Shown here piece after piece: positions 8,624 through 16,779 of a stretch of 54,383 nucleotides of DNA. This DNA comes from a virus (Duplodnaviria; Caudoviricetes), in the IMG/VR virus record IMGVR_UViG_3300032282_004873, positions 1 to 54,383 of that record. One strand, given 5' to 3'. Each line of letters starts with the position of its first letter. Position 1 is the stretch's first letter. A model generated the notes under the pieces. That model was not told the DNA's origin, did not search any database, and saw only the letters and a program-made list of their open reading frames with translations. The translations under genes were made by a program, and so were the position numbers.

Positions 8624-9537
8624 CAAAGATTTTAATTACTGGTGCTACTGGAATGGTTGGAAGAAATATAGTTCTTCATCCTGCTGCTAATGATTTTGAC
8701 ATACTAGCTCCATCCCGAAAAGAATTGAATTTATTTGAATCAGGCTCGGTTAACTCCTATATAAAAACTCATAAGCCTGATGCGATAATTCATTGTGCCG
8801 GTAAAGTAGGTGGCATACAGGCTAATATTAAAAATCCATATGGCTTCATGTATGAAAACATGATTATGGGTCTGAACCTAGTGAACGCTGCTAAAGAACA
8901 AGGTATCGAGCGTTTAATTAATCTTGGAAGCTCTTGTATGTATCCAAGAAATGCAACCAATCCTCTAACAGAAGAAACGATACTAAAAGGCGAACTGGAA
9001 CCGACAAATGAAGGATATGCCATAGCAAAGACTGCAATAGCCAAACTATGTGTATATGCCGGAACAGAGGGGTATAAGTATAAGACCCTCATTCCTTGTA
9101 ACCTATATGGATATTGGGATAAGTTCAATCCAGAGACTAGTCATATGATCCCGGCAATAATACACAAAACGCATCAATCCAAAATAAATGGAAATACTCC
9201 AGTTGAAGTTTGGGGTACTGGTAATGCAAGAAGAGAGTTTATGTTTGCAGAGGATTTAGCAGATTTTATATATTTTTCTATTAATAAACTTGATTTGATT
9301 TCTGATATGATGAATGTAGGTTTAGGAATTGATTATTCGGTACGTGAATATTATCTAGCTGTTAAAGAAGTTTTAAATTCAGAAGCGGATTTAAGATTTA
9401 ACTTGGAAAAACCTGAAGGAATGAAGCAAAAAGTTGTTGATGTAAGTAAACAACAAAAATTAGGATGGTTTCCTAAAACAGACTTACATACCGGAATTGA
9501 AAAAACCTATAAGCATTATATGGAGCATCATAAATGA
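8620..9537 (+). CDS. fcl: GDP-L-fucose synthase / GDP-L-colitose synthase (Fcl/WcaG/ColC family)
   Basis: TGATGMVG, AGKVGGI.AN, GSSCMYP, LEPTNEGYAIAK, PCNLYG, SH.IPA, WGTG.ARREF. Confidence 0.9.
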   Translation: MTKILITGATGMVGRNIVLHPAANDFDILAPSRKELNLFESGSVNSYIKTHKPDAIIHCAGKVGGIQANIKNPYGFMYENMIMGLNLVNAAKEQGIERLINLGSSCMYPRNATNPLTEETILKGELEPTNEGYAIAKTAIAKLCVYAGTEGYKYKTLIPCNLYGYWDKFNPETSHMIPAIIHKTHQSKINGNTPVEVWGTGNARREFMFAEDLADFIYFSINKLDLISDMMNVGLGIDYSVREYYLAVKEVLNSEADLRFNLEKPEGMKQKVVDVSKQQKLGWFPKTDLHTGIEKTYKHYMEHHK

Positions 9538-10694
9538 AAGAGATAAAACTGGTTTCAGACACTATCGATAAAGCCGACATTGAACGGTTAACTAAATGGC
9601 TTTCTAGCGATCAAATTCCGAGACTTACTAAAGGTCCAGTTACGATTGAGTTTGAAGAAAAATGGTCCTCTTATTTGGGAGTTAAGCATACCACGTATGT
9701 AAATTCCGGTTCTTCAGCAATACTATTGGCGCTAGCTGCTCTTAAACAAGCTGGGCTTAAAAATGAAAAAGTTGTTGTACCAACATTAAGTTGGCTTACA
9801 GACATATCTTCAGTAATGCAGCTTGGTATGCAGCCTATTTTGTGTGATTGTAATCTTACTGACTTGTCAGTTGATTTAGAGCATCTAGAAAATATATTCA
9901 TCAAAGAGGAGCCGTCTGTTTTAATATTGGTTTCTGTTTTAGGCTTAGTGCCACAGATGGACAAAGTTTTAGAGCTTTGCAAAAAACATAACGTTCTATT
10001 AATAGAAGACGTGTGTGAAAGTATGGGCTCTGAATATAATGGGAAGAAGCTTGGAACATTTGGAGACATATCTCTGTTCTCTCTATATTACGGACACCAT
10101 CTAAGCACGATTGAAGGCGGACTAGTCTGTACAAATAATGAAAGTCTTTATTACGTAATTAATTCAATGAGATCTCATGGCTGGGATCGTGATTGGCCAA
10201 AAGAAGTTCAAGAAAAATATCGCAAAGAATATCAGGTATCTGATTTTGATGCCCTATACACTTTCTATTATCCAGGCTTCAACTTAAGGGCTACCGATTT
10301 GCAGGCTTACATTGGTTTGACACAGATTGATAAACTCAACAATTTTGCAAAAATAAGAAATAACAATTTTCAAACATACAACAGACTCCTGACAAAGAGT
10401 CTTCTTAACATTAGAAATGACCAACAAAATTTCATTTCTAATTTTGCCTATCCATATCTTTCAAACAATAGAAATAAAATAGCAAATGCATTGATGGAAA
10501 ACAACGTTGAAGTACGTCCATTGATAGCAGGTTCCCTCGCACGTAAGCCATTTTGGTATAAAACCTATGGCATTGTGGCGCTTCCGAATGCAGACTTGAT
10601 CAATGAAAAAGGTTTTTATATCCCAAATCATCAAGATTTGACAGAGGAAGATATCTCAAGGATATGTGATATCATTCACGAAAACGAGGAATGA
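9534..10694 (+). CDS. colD: GDP-4-keto-6-deoxy-D-mannose 3-dehydratase (ColD-like, PLP-dependent DegT fold)
   Basis: VNSGSSA, EDVCES.G, FSLYYGHHLSTIEGG (His at the usual Schiff-base Lys position), RSHGW, PGFNLR; lacks the Fe-S Cys cluster and RDWGR motif of E1/RfbH. Confidence 0.75.
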   Translation: MKEIKLVSDTIDKADIERLTKWLSSDQIPRLTKGPVTIEFEEKWSSYLGVKHTTYVNSGSSAILLALAALKQAGLKNEKVVVPTLSWLTDISSVMQLGMQPILCDCNLTDLSVDLEHLENIFIKEEPSVLILVSVLGLVPQMDKVLELCKKHNVLLIEDVCESMGSEYNGKKLGTFGDISLFSLYYGHHLSTIEGGLVCTNNESLYYVINSMRSHGWDRDWPKEVQEKYRKEYQVSDFDALYTFYYPGFNLRATDLQAYIGLTQIDKLNNFAKIRNNNFQTYNRLLTKSLLNIRNDQQNFISNFAYPYLSNNRNKIANALMENNVEVRPLIAGSLARKPFWYKTYGIVALPNADLINEKGFYIPNHQDLTEEDISRICDIIHENEE

Positions 10695-10695
10695 A

Positions 10696-11433
10696 ATGAT
10701 CTTATCATTATTAAAGGGTGGATTAGGAAATATGATGTTCCAAATTGCTGCTGGAGCATCATTGTCTCATGACTTGAATACAGAGTTTGTTTATACTTTG
10801 GATGGCTGGAACTGCGTAACAAACTATAATATTCAAAACTTTCCGAATACTATTTTTAAAAAGCTTAAGCAGGTTAAGATAGATTCCTACGTAGGAAACA
10901 TCAGCTTATATAGAGAAAAAGATTTTTCTTACAGCCCGGTGCCTGCAAATAGTAATCTTGCACTTGATGGATATTTTCAGAGCGAGAAATATTTTACACA
11001 CAATAGAGAACATATCAAATCTCTTTTTGATATTCCTGTTGATGCGAAATATAAAGACCATACCTTCATGCACGTTAGAAGAAAAGACTATTTGTTGCAT
11101 TCGCAAGTTCATCCAACTTGCCCTGTTTCATATTATAAAGAAGCATTAAATGTCATAGGCGCAGATAAGGTTATCATATTGAGTGATGATATTGATTGGT
11201 GCCGAAAGAATATTGATATTGGACAGGCAGAATTTAGTATGTCTAAAACAGAAATTGAAGACTTGTCTATAATGATATCATGTAAAAATTCAATTATAGC
11301 TAACAGCACCTTTAGTTGGTGGGGAGCCTGGTTATCAGATAGTGATAAGGTTATTGCTCCAAAAATGTGGTTTGGTCCACAAGGTCCAAAAAACTGGACT
11401 GACATATATGCTAGAAATTGGATAACGATTTGA
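10696..11433 (+). CDS. GT11 alpha-1,2-fucosyl/colitosyltransferase
   Basis: GGLGNMMFQ, GYFQSEKYF, HVRRKDY, SDDIDWC, IANSTFSWWGAWL; ATG 10696 follows GAGG. Confidence 0.9.
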   Translation: MILSLLKGGLGNMMFQIAAGASLSHDLNTEFVYTLDGWNCVTNYNIQNFPNTIFKKLKQVKIDSYVGNISLYREKDFSYSPVPANSNLALDGYFQSEKYFTHNREHIKSLFDIPVDAKYKDHTFMHVRRKDYLLHSQVHPTCPVSYYKEALNVIGADKVIILSDDIDWCRKNIDIGQAEFSMSKTEIEDLSIMISCKNSIIANSTFSWWGAWLSDSDKVIAPKMWFGPQGPKNWTDIYARNWITI

Positions 11434-11448
11434 GGATTGAGGGGCTTT

Positions 11449-12426
11449 ATGCAGAAGACGGCATTTATTACTGGTATCACCGGACAAGATGGTTCTTACC
11501 TTGCCAAGTTACTTTTAGACAAAGGTTATCTTGTTGTAGGCATGAAGAGAAGAACTTCTCTTATAACAACAGACAGATTAGATGATGTTGCAATTTTCAG
11601 TCATCCAAATTTTAGACTTGAATACGGCAATATGACCGATTCAAGTTCTATGTATACTCTTCTTATGAAGTACAAGCCGGACGAGATCTATAACCTAGCT
11701 GCACAGAGCCATGTACGAGTTTCTTTTGAAGTCCCAGAGGAAACCTTAGACGTAGTTGGTGGTGGCGTATTGAAGCTTCTAGAGGCTTATAGGCTAATCT
11801 GCCCACAAGCACGTTTCTATCAAGCATCGTCTTCAGAGATGTATGGAGACAACGTTAACGTTCCTCAAAATGAGGAGACACGTATGACACCGGCTTCTCC
11901 ATATGCTTGTGCTAAGTTGTATGCTCATAATCTTTGCCGTAACTATCGTGAAGGTTATGGGCTTCATATATCTTCTGGAATTCTTTTTAATCACGAAAGT
12001 CCAGTAAGAGGTGAGACGTTTGTTACTCGCAAGATTACTCTTGCAGCAGCTAATATTAAGCTTGGCAAACAAGAAACATTATATCTTGGAAATCTTGACG
12101 CAAAGAGAGATTGGGGATTTGCTGGAGATTATGTTGAGGCAATGTGGTTAATGTTGCAACAACCAAAAGGCGATGATTATGTAATTGCTACTGGAGAAAC
12201 ACACACGGTTAGTGAGTTCCTACAAGTTGTGTTTGACCATGCCGGTTTAGACGTTAACAAACACGTCAAGATTGATTCACGACTATATCGCCCACATGAG
12301 GTTCCAATATTGCTTGGTGATAGTGCTAAAGCTGAAAGAATATTGGGATGGAAACCAAAGACAACATTCCGTGGTTTGGCTGAAATGATGTATGAGGCAG
12401 ACTATCATAGAGCTTTAAATCTTTGA
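11449..12426 (+). CDS. gmd: GDP-mannose 4,6-dehydratase
   Basis: [72 protein letters not shown]; ATG 11449 follows GAGGGG. Confidence 0.95.
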   Translation: MQKTAFITGITGQDGSYLAKLLLDKGYLVVGMKRRTSLITTDRLDDVAIFSHPNFRLEYGNMTDSSSMYTLLMKYKPDEIYNLAAQSHVRVSFEVPEETLDVVGGGVLKLLEAYRLICPQARFYQASSSEMYGDNVNVPQNEETRMTPASPYACAKLYAHNLCRNYREGYGLHISSGILFNHESPVRGETFVTRKITLAAANIKLGKQETLYLGNLDAKRDWGFAGDYVEAMWLMLQQPKGDDYVIATGETHTVSEFLQVVFDHAGLDVNKHVKIDSRLYRPHEVPILLGDSAKAERILGWKPKTTFRGLAEMMYEADYHRALNL

Positions 12427-12442
12427 TATTGTAGTTCTAAAC

Positions 12443-12487
12443 ATCTCCTCATATATTAGCGAAAATAGTAACATCATTTGAGGAGAT
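12443..12487 (+). promoter_or_regulatory. inverted repeat sequestering the Shine-Dalgarno of the GT4 gene
   Basis: ATCTCCTCA (12443-12451) is the exact reverse complement of TGAGGAGAT (12479-12487), which contains the SD for ATG 12492. Confidence 0.6.
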
Positions 12488-12491
12488 AGTA

Positions 12492-13823
12492 ATGTCAGAA
12501 GAGAACACATTTCTCACCGCTTTTAATTTTAAAAAGAAGTATAAGGTAATCACCCTTTCAGATCATCCACTTGCGCCATCGGGCGTTGGTGTTCAAGCTC
12601 GTTTCTTGATTGATGGTCTTATCAAGACCGGTCAATGGTCATTCCGCTGCTTAGGCGGCGCTATGAAGCACGCAAAGTATGACACCATAGCTGTGAACCC
12701 TGACTTCATTGTAAAGCCTGTAGACGGCTTTGGAAGCAAGGAATTGATACGTCAGCTTCTCATTGCAGAACAGCCTGATGCTATCTTCTTGTTTACAGAT
12801 CCACGTCAGTTCACTTGGCTTTGGGAAATGGAAGATGAAATCCATCAAGTATGTCCAATCGTCTATTGGCACGTTTGGGACAATGATCCATATCCAGCAT
12901 TTAACTTCCCATGGTATGAAAGCACCGATCTAATCAATTGCCTTTCTTATAAGACATTTGAACTAGTCAAGCCACATTTCCCAGAGAAGACCAACTACAT
13001 TCCTCACACCTTCCCAAAGCAAGTATATAATCCTCTTCCAGAACAACAGATTGAACAACTAAAGAAGCAAAACTTTGGTGCAAAAGCTGATTGGTTTAAG
13101 GCTCTTTGGGTTAATCGTAATGCTACACGTAAAATGCCTAACGATGTTCTATTCTCATGGAAGACATTCCTTGATGATCTTGAAAAGAAAGAAGGACACC
13201 GTAATGCAGTTCTAATCATGCACACAGATCCTGCTGATATGGAAGGTCCAAATCTTCTTGCTGTATCTGATATGCTTGGATTAAACGATAACGTTTGGTT
13301 CTCAAATGATCGTCTCCAGTTTGAGCAAATGAATGTTATGCATAATCTTGCAGACGTAACAGTTAACATTTCAAAGAATGAAGGCTTCGGTCTTTCTACC
13401 CTTATTTCATTACAGGTTGGCAAGCCAATCATTGCTCTTAAGACCGGCGGCGAAACACGTCAGGTAGAAGATTATCGTAATGGTTATCAATACGGCGTTG
13501 CTATTGAACCAGCCAAGCGTTCATTAGTTGGTTCACAGATGGTTCCTTATATCTTTGAGGACTACTGCACAGAACGTCAGCTAGCAGATGCTTTTATGGA
13601 GATTTACAGTTGGACACCAGAGAAGAAGGCAGAGTTCCGTGAGAAAGCTGCTGAATATCTTGAGCATGAGTTCAAGTATGAAAATATGGTTCAACAATGG
13701 CATGAAACTATGTTAAAGTGTGTAGAAGACTTTAAGGCTAACAAGGAAGCTGGAACAAATAAGCGTTGGAAGCTAACAGGCATTAATCCAGCTCCTGCTA
13801 ACAAGTTAATCAATATCAAGTGA
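12492..13823 (+). CDS. GT4-family (GT-B) glycosyltransferase
   Basis: SDHP..PSGVG, VNRN..RK, EGFGL...SL..GKPII..TGG. Confidence 0.85.
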   Translation: MSEENTFLTAFNFKKKYKVITLSDHPLAPSGVGVQARFLIDGLIKTGQWSFRCLGGAMKHAKYDTIAVNPDFIVKPVDGFGSKELIRQLLIAEQPDAIFLFTDPRQFTWLWEMEDEIHQVCPIVYWHVWDNDPYPAFNFPWYESTDLINCLSYKTFELVKPHFPEKTNYIPHTFPKQVYNPLPEQQIEQLKKQNFGAKADWFKALWVNRNATRKMPNDVLFSWKTFLDDLEKKEGHRNAVLIMHTDPADMEGPNLLAVSDMLGLNDNVWFSNDRLQFEQMNVMHNLADVTVNISKNEGFGLSTLISLQVGKPIIALKTGGETRQVEDYRNGYQYGVAIEPAKRSLVGSQMVPYIFEDYCTERQLADAFMEIYSWTPEKKAEFREKAAEYLEHEFKYENMVQQWHETMLKCVEDFKANKEAGTNKRWKLTGINPAPANKLINIK

Positions 13824-13837
13824 TAAGGGATATAGTA

Positions 13838-15019
13838 ATGGCAAAGAAAACAGTTATACTTCGTGGTCCGGTATTAACCGAAAGTGGTTATGGCGTTCAT
13901 GCTCGTCAGGTAGCTCGTTGGCTATTTGATTTGGCAGATAGAACTGGTAATATTGATGTTGTTACAGAGCCTCTTCCATGGGGCGCTACTCCTTGGCTTG
14001 TTGATGCATATGCTCATGATGGTCTTGTAGGTCGTCTTATTCAAGCTGCTGGCAAAAGAGACAAATATGATGTTTCTCTTCAACTACAGCTACCAAACGA
14101 ATGGAATCCTTTCCTTGCAGACTTTAACGTTGGATTAACTGCTGGCGTTGAAGGCGATGTTTGCAATCCTGCATGGATTTCATCTATCAATCGTATGGAC
14201 CTTGTAATCGTTCCATCAGAGTTTGTTAAAAACGTATTCGCAAATACTGGCGAAATAAAGACAAAGATGGTTGTTATTCCAGAAGCATTTATTGATGCTG
14301 TCGCCAAGCCAGAACTACCAACACTTGATTTGGAAGACATTAAAACAGAAACCAATTTCCTACTATTTGGTCAAGTTACTGGAAACAATCCAGAGAATGA
14401 TCGTAAGAATCTTTTCTACAGCGTTAAATGGATTTGTGAGCAGTTCAAAGACAATCCAGATGTTGGCGTTGTAATAAAGACAAATACTGGTCGTCATACA
14501 GTTGTAGATCGTCTAAGAACTACAAATCTATTGGCACAACTTACCATGGAAGTCAAAAACGGAGCAGAGTTCCCAAAGATCTATCTACTTCATGGAGATA
14601 TGAGCGATAATGAAGTAGCAGCTCTTTATCGTCATCCAAAGATTAAAGCTCTTGTAGCTCCAACAAGAGGTGAGGGTTTTGGTCTTCCTATTCTTGAAGC
14701 AGCAGCATCTGGTCTTCCAGTTATTGCTACCGGTTGGAGTGCTCACACAGAGTTCCTTGGCAAAGGCAAGTATGTAAAGCTTGACTACAGACTCGAGCAG
14801 ATTCATCAAACCCGAGTAGATAATCAGATCTGGATGCCAAACGCCAAATGGGCAAACGTAAAGGAAGATGATTTCAAGCATCGCCTTAAGAAGTTTGTAG
14901 AAAGCCCACAGATGCCACAGCAATGGGCTAAGGAGCTGTCAGAAACTCTTAAGAAGGAATATTCTTTTGAGGTGGTTTCAGCTCAATACACAGAAGTTCT
15001 TAAGGACGTATTAGGATGA
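13838..15019 (+). CDS. GT4-family (GT-B) glycosyltransferase
   Basis: SGYG.HAR, IVPSEF, DRKN, TRGEGFGLPILEAAASGLPVIATGWS; start ATG 13838 or GTG 13820. Confidence 0.88.
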   Translation: MAKKTVILRGPVLTESGYGVHARQVARWLFDLADRTGNIDVVTEPLPWGATPWLVDAYAHDGLVGRLIQAAGKRDKYDVSLQLQLPNEWNPFLADFNVGLTAGVEGDVCNPAWISSINRMDLVIVPSEFVKNVFANTGEIKTKMVVIPEAFIDAVAKPELPTLDLEDIKTETNFLLFGQVTGNNPENDRKNLFYSVKWICEQFKDNPDVGVVIKTNTGRHTVVDRLRTTNLLAQLTMEVKNGAEFPKIYLLHGDMSDNEVAALYRHPKIKALVAPTRGEGFGLPILEAAASGLPVIATGWSAHTEFLGKGKYVKLDYRLEQIHQTRVDNQIWMPNAKWANVKEDDFKHRLKKFVESPQMPQQWAKELSETLKKEYSFEVVSAQYTEVLKDVLG

Positions 15020-15426
15020 CAATATTTTTTGGAATATTGAGTTTGATGCTCCTAATTTCACTAGGAGCATCAATATTTTATCTAATTCGTTTTGCACGGA
15101 TTATTATGATTATTGAAGATGATTTTTCTGATGCTATTGAAGCATTAGAGGACACGGAAAAAACATTAGAAAAAATACTTGGAATGAGATTGTTCTTTGA
15201 TAGCAAAGAAGTTCAATTGGTTGTTCAAGAAGCTATGTCAGAAGTCAAAAATAGTAAAATGTCCATAAATCGTGTTGCTCTTAAATTTGTTGATCGTAGT
15301 AAGCAGAAATATACAGTAATTGTTGAAGAAGAACCAGATATCCGTGAACTTCAAGAAAGAATCATGAGAGAACGTCTGCTCCGAGGAGATATGGTAGATG
15401 AAAATACGCAAGAAAACTTCCGTTGA
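15016..15426 (+). CDS. hypothetical membrane-anchored protein
   Basis: N-terminal hydrophobic helix (IFFGILSLMLLISLGASIFYLI) followed by a charged helical region; ATGA-coupled to the upstream gene. Confidence 0.7.
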   Translation: MTIFFGILSLMLLISLGASIFYLIRFARIIMIIEDDFSDAIEALEDTEKTLEKILGMRLFFDSKEVQLVVQEAMSEVKNSKMSINRVALKFVDRSKQKYTVIVEEEPDIRELQERIMRERLLRGDMVDENTQENFR

Positions 15427-16240
15427 TATATCAGCAGACATAGAAGAGGTTAGCTCATTGTTAACGGTTGAAGTCCGTTCTGAATCTATTCCTCCTGTAT
15501 TATATCCAGAAAAGAAAAAGGGTAGAAAAAAGATTAAGCGCAAGGGCGATCAACCAACGCTTGTCAATTATTTTACTGATAAAACACAAGAGCAGATTGT
15601 TGTTTATCAACAAGAAGCCGATACGGAAAAAAAGAAAAAGATTTATGTTAAGGAGATACTTCCTGCCTTTGATAGTCTTGTAGAAAATCTAATAAACGTT
15701 TACGGGTTTTCAGTAATGTATGAGAGCAAGCAAGACCTTAAGCACGAATGTCTCCAGTTCCTATATACTGCCGTTGATAAGTTTAATGCTGAAAAAGGAA
15801 GTAAAGCTTTCTCTTACTTTAACGTTGTAGCAAAGAACTGGCTTACCATTAAAAGTAAGCAAAATATGAAACGTGCTCAGAGCTACATTTCCATAGACGA
15901 CCGTGACAATTTATCAAAAGAAGACCTTGAACAGATTGAAACACAACAGTATCATCCAGGTTTTGAAGAGCTTTATACTACAGTAAACACTCTAGAGCAT
16001 TTGACAAAACTTGTTGGTGCCATAGAAGATAAGACTAAGACTGAGAATGAAAAAATGGTAGTTAATGCCATTAAGGTTCTTATCAGCAATCTTGAAGATG
16101 TTGACCTTTTAAGCAAGAGGGCGATATTACTCTATGTAAGGGAACTCACAACTTTAAGTTCAAAACAACTATCAATTGTATTGAGCTCTCTTAAGAGACA
16201 TTATCGTGATGTTAAGAATGGTGACGAGTTCAGCATTTGA
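15398..16240 (+). CDS. phage sigma factor, T4 gp55-like (region-2 core; candidate late sigma)
   Basis: NYF..., DLKHEC..FL....DKFN.EKGSKAFSYFNVVAKN resembles sigma region 2.2-2.4 and the gp55 NPFAYFT segment; SD GAGGAG upstream. Confidence 0.65.
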   Translation: MKIRKKTSVDISADIEEVSSLLTVEVRSESIPPVLYPEKKKGRKKIKRKGDQPTLVNYFTDKTQEQIVVYQQEADTEKKKKIYVKEILPAFDSLVENLINVYGFSVMYESKQDLKHECLQFLYTAVDKFNAEKGSKAFSYFNVVAKNWLTIKSKQNMKRAQSYISIDDRDNLSKEDLEQIETQQYHPGFEELYTTVNTLEHLTKLVGAIEDKTKTENEKMVVNAIKVLISNLEDVDLLSKRAILLYVRELTTLSSKQLSIVLSSLKRHYRDVKNGDEFSI

Positions 16241-16282
16241 TTAACATTATATTTATTCTATATATAAGTTAGAAAGTTTGAT

Positions 16283-16289
16283 ATATTTA
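16283..16289 (+). promoter_or_regulatory. candidate late promoter ATATTTA
   Basis: 7 nt upstream of ATG 16297; same motif class recurs at 18112, 20148, 27524 and 53211. Confidence 0.5.
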
Positions 16290-16296
16290 GGGGTAT

Positions 16297-16779
16297 ATGG
16301 CAAAGAAAAAGACCCCTGTTTATCAACCTGCTGCCCCAACATTTGTGGCTCAAACTCCTCCAGATGAACCTGATGTTACTGGAATGGAAGTTGGCTTCCG
16401 TCGTCCTAATATAGACGACCTTGATGAAAAGATTAATAAACAGCTACACGACTTCTCTTCGCTTCTTAATCAGATATCCTCTGTAGAAGATAAGCAGAAG
16501 GCGCTCTGGAAGCAGATATATGAGAATGCGGTTCAAGACCGTAAGAATGCCTATATCATGTGGATAGACCTTTATGGATATGTTCATGCCAATCCTAATG
16601 AGCACGCTATTCATGGTCAGAACTTGTCTCGTTATATGGAACGTATGAGCAAGGCAAATGATCAAATTCTTAAGTTAACTGAGTTGGTTTCTAAGGCAAG
16701 TGAAGAGGATTTGGACGAAATGATGTCAGATGATGATATTTATGACCGTATCCAAAAAACTACCGGTCTTAAACAATGA
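16297..16779 (+). CDS. hypothetical helical/coiled-coil protein
   Basis: 160-aa ORF with a Pro-rich N-terminus and amphipathic helices; ATGA-coupled to the next gene. Confidence 0.7.
   Translation: MAKKKTPVYQPAAPTFVAQTPPDEPDVTGMEVGFRRPNIDDLDEKINKQLHDFSSLLNQISSVEDKQKALWKQIYENAVQDRKNAYIMWIDLYGYVHANPNEHAIHGQNLSRYMERMSKANDQILKLTELVSKASEEDLDEMMSDDDIYDRIQKTTGLKQ

Noticed and set aside
9534-10694. Perosamine synthase/DegT aminotransferase or CDP-sugar E1 dehydrase
   Set aside because: His replaces the catalytic Lys, and the E1 Fe-S cysteines are absent; the motifs fit ColD better.
2356-15019. Bacterial O-antigen/capsule locus, i.e. the window is a bacterial chromosome
   Set aside because: No flippase, polymerase, ABC exporter or initiating transferase; genes overlap continuously into phage sigma and baseplate genes; no housekeeping genes.
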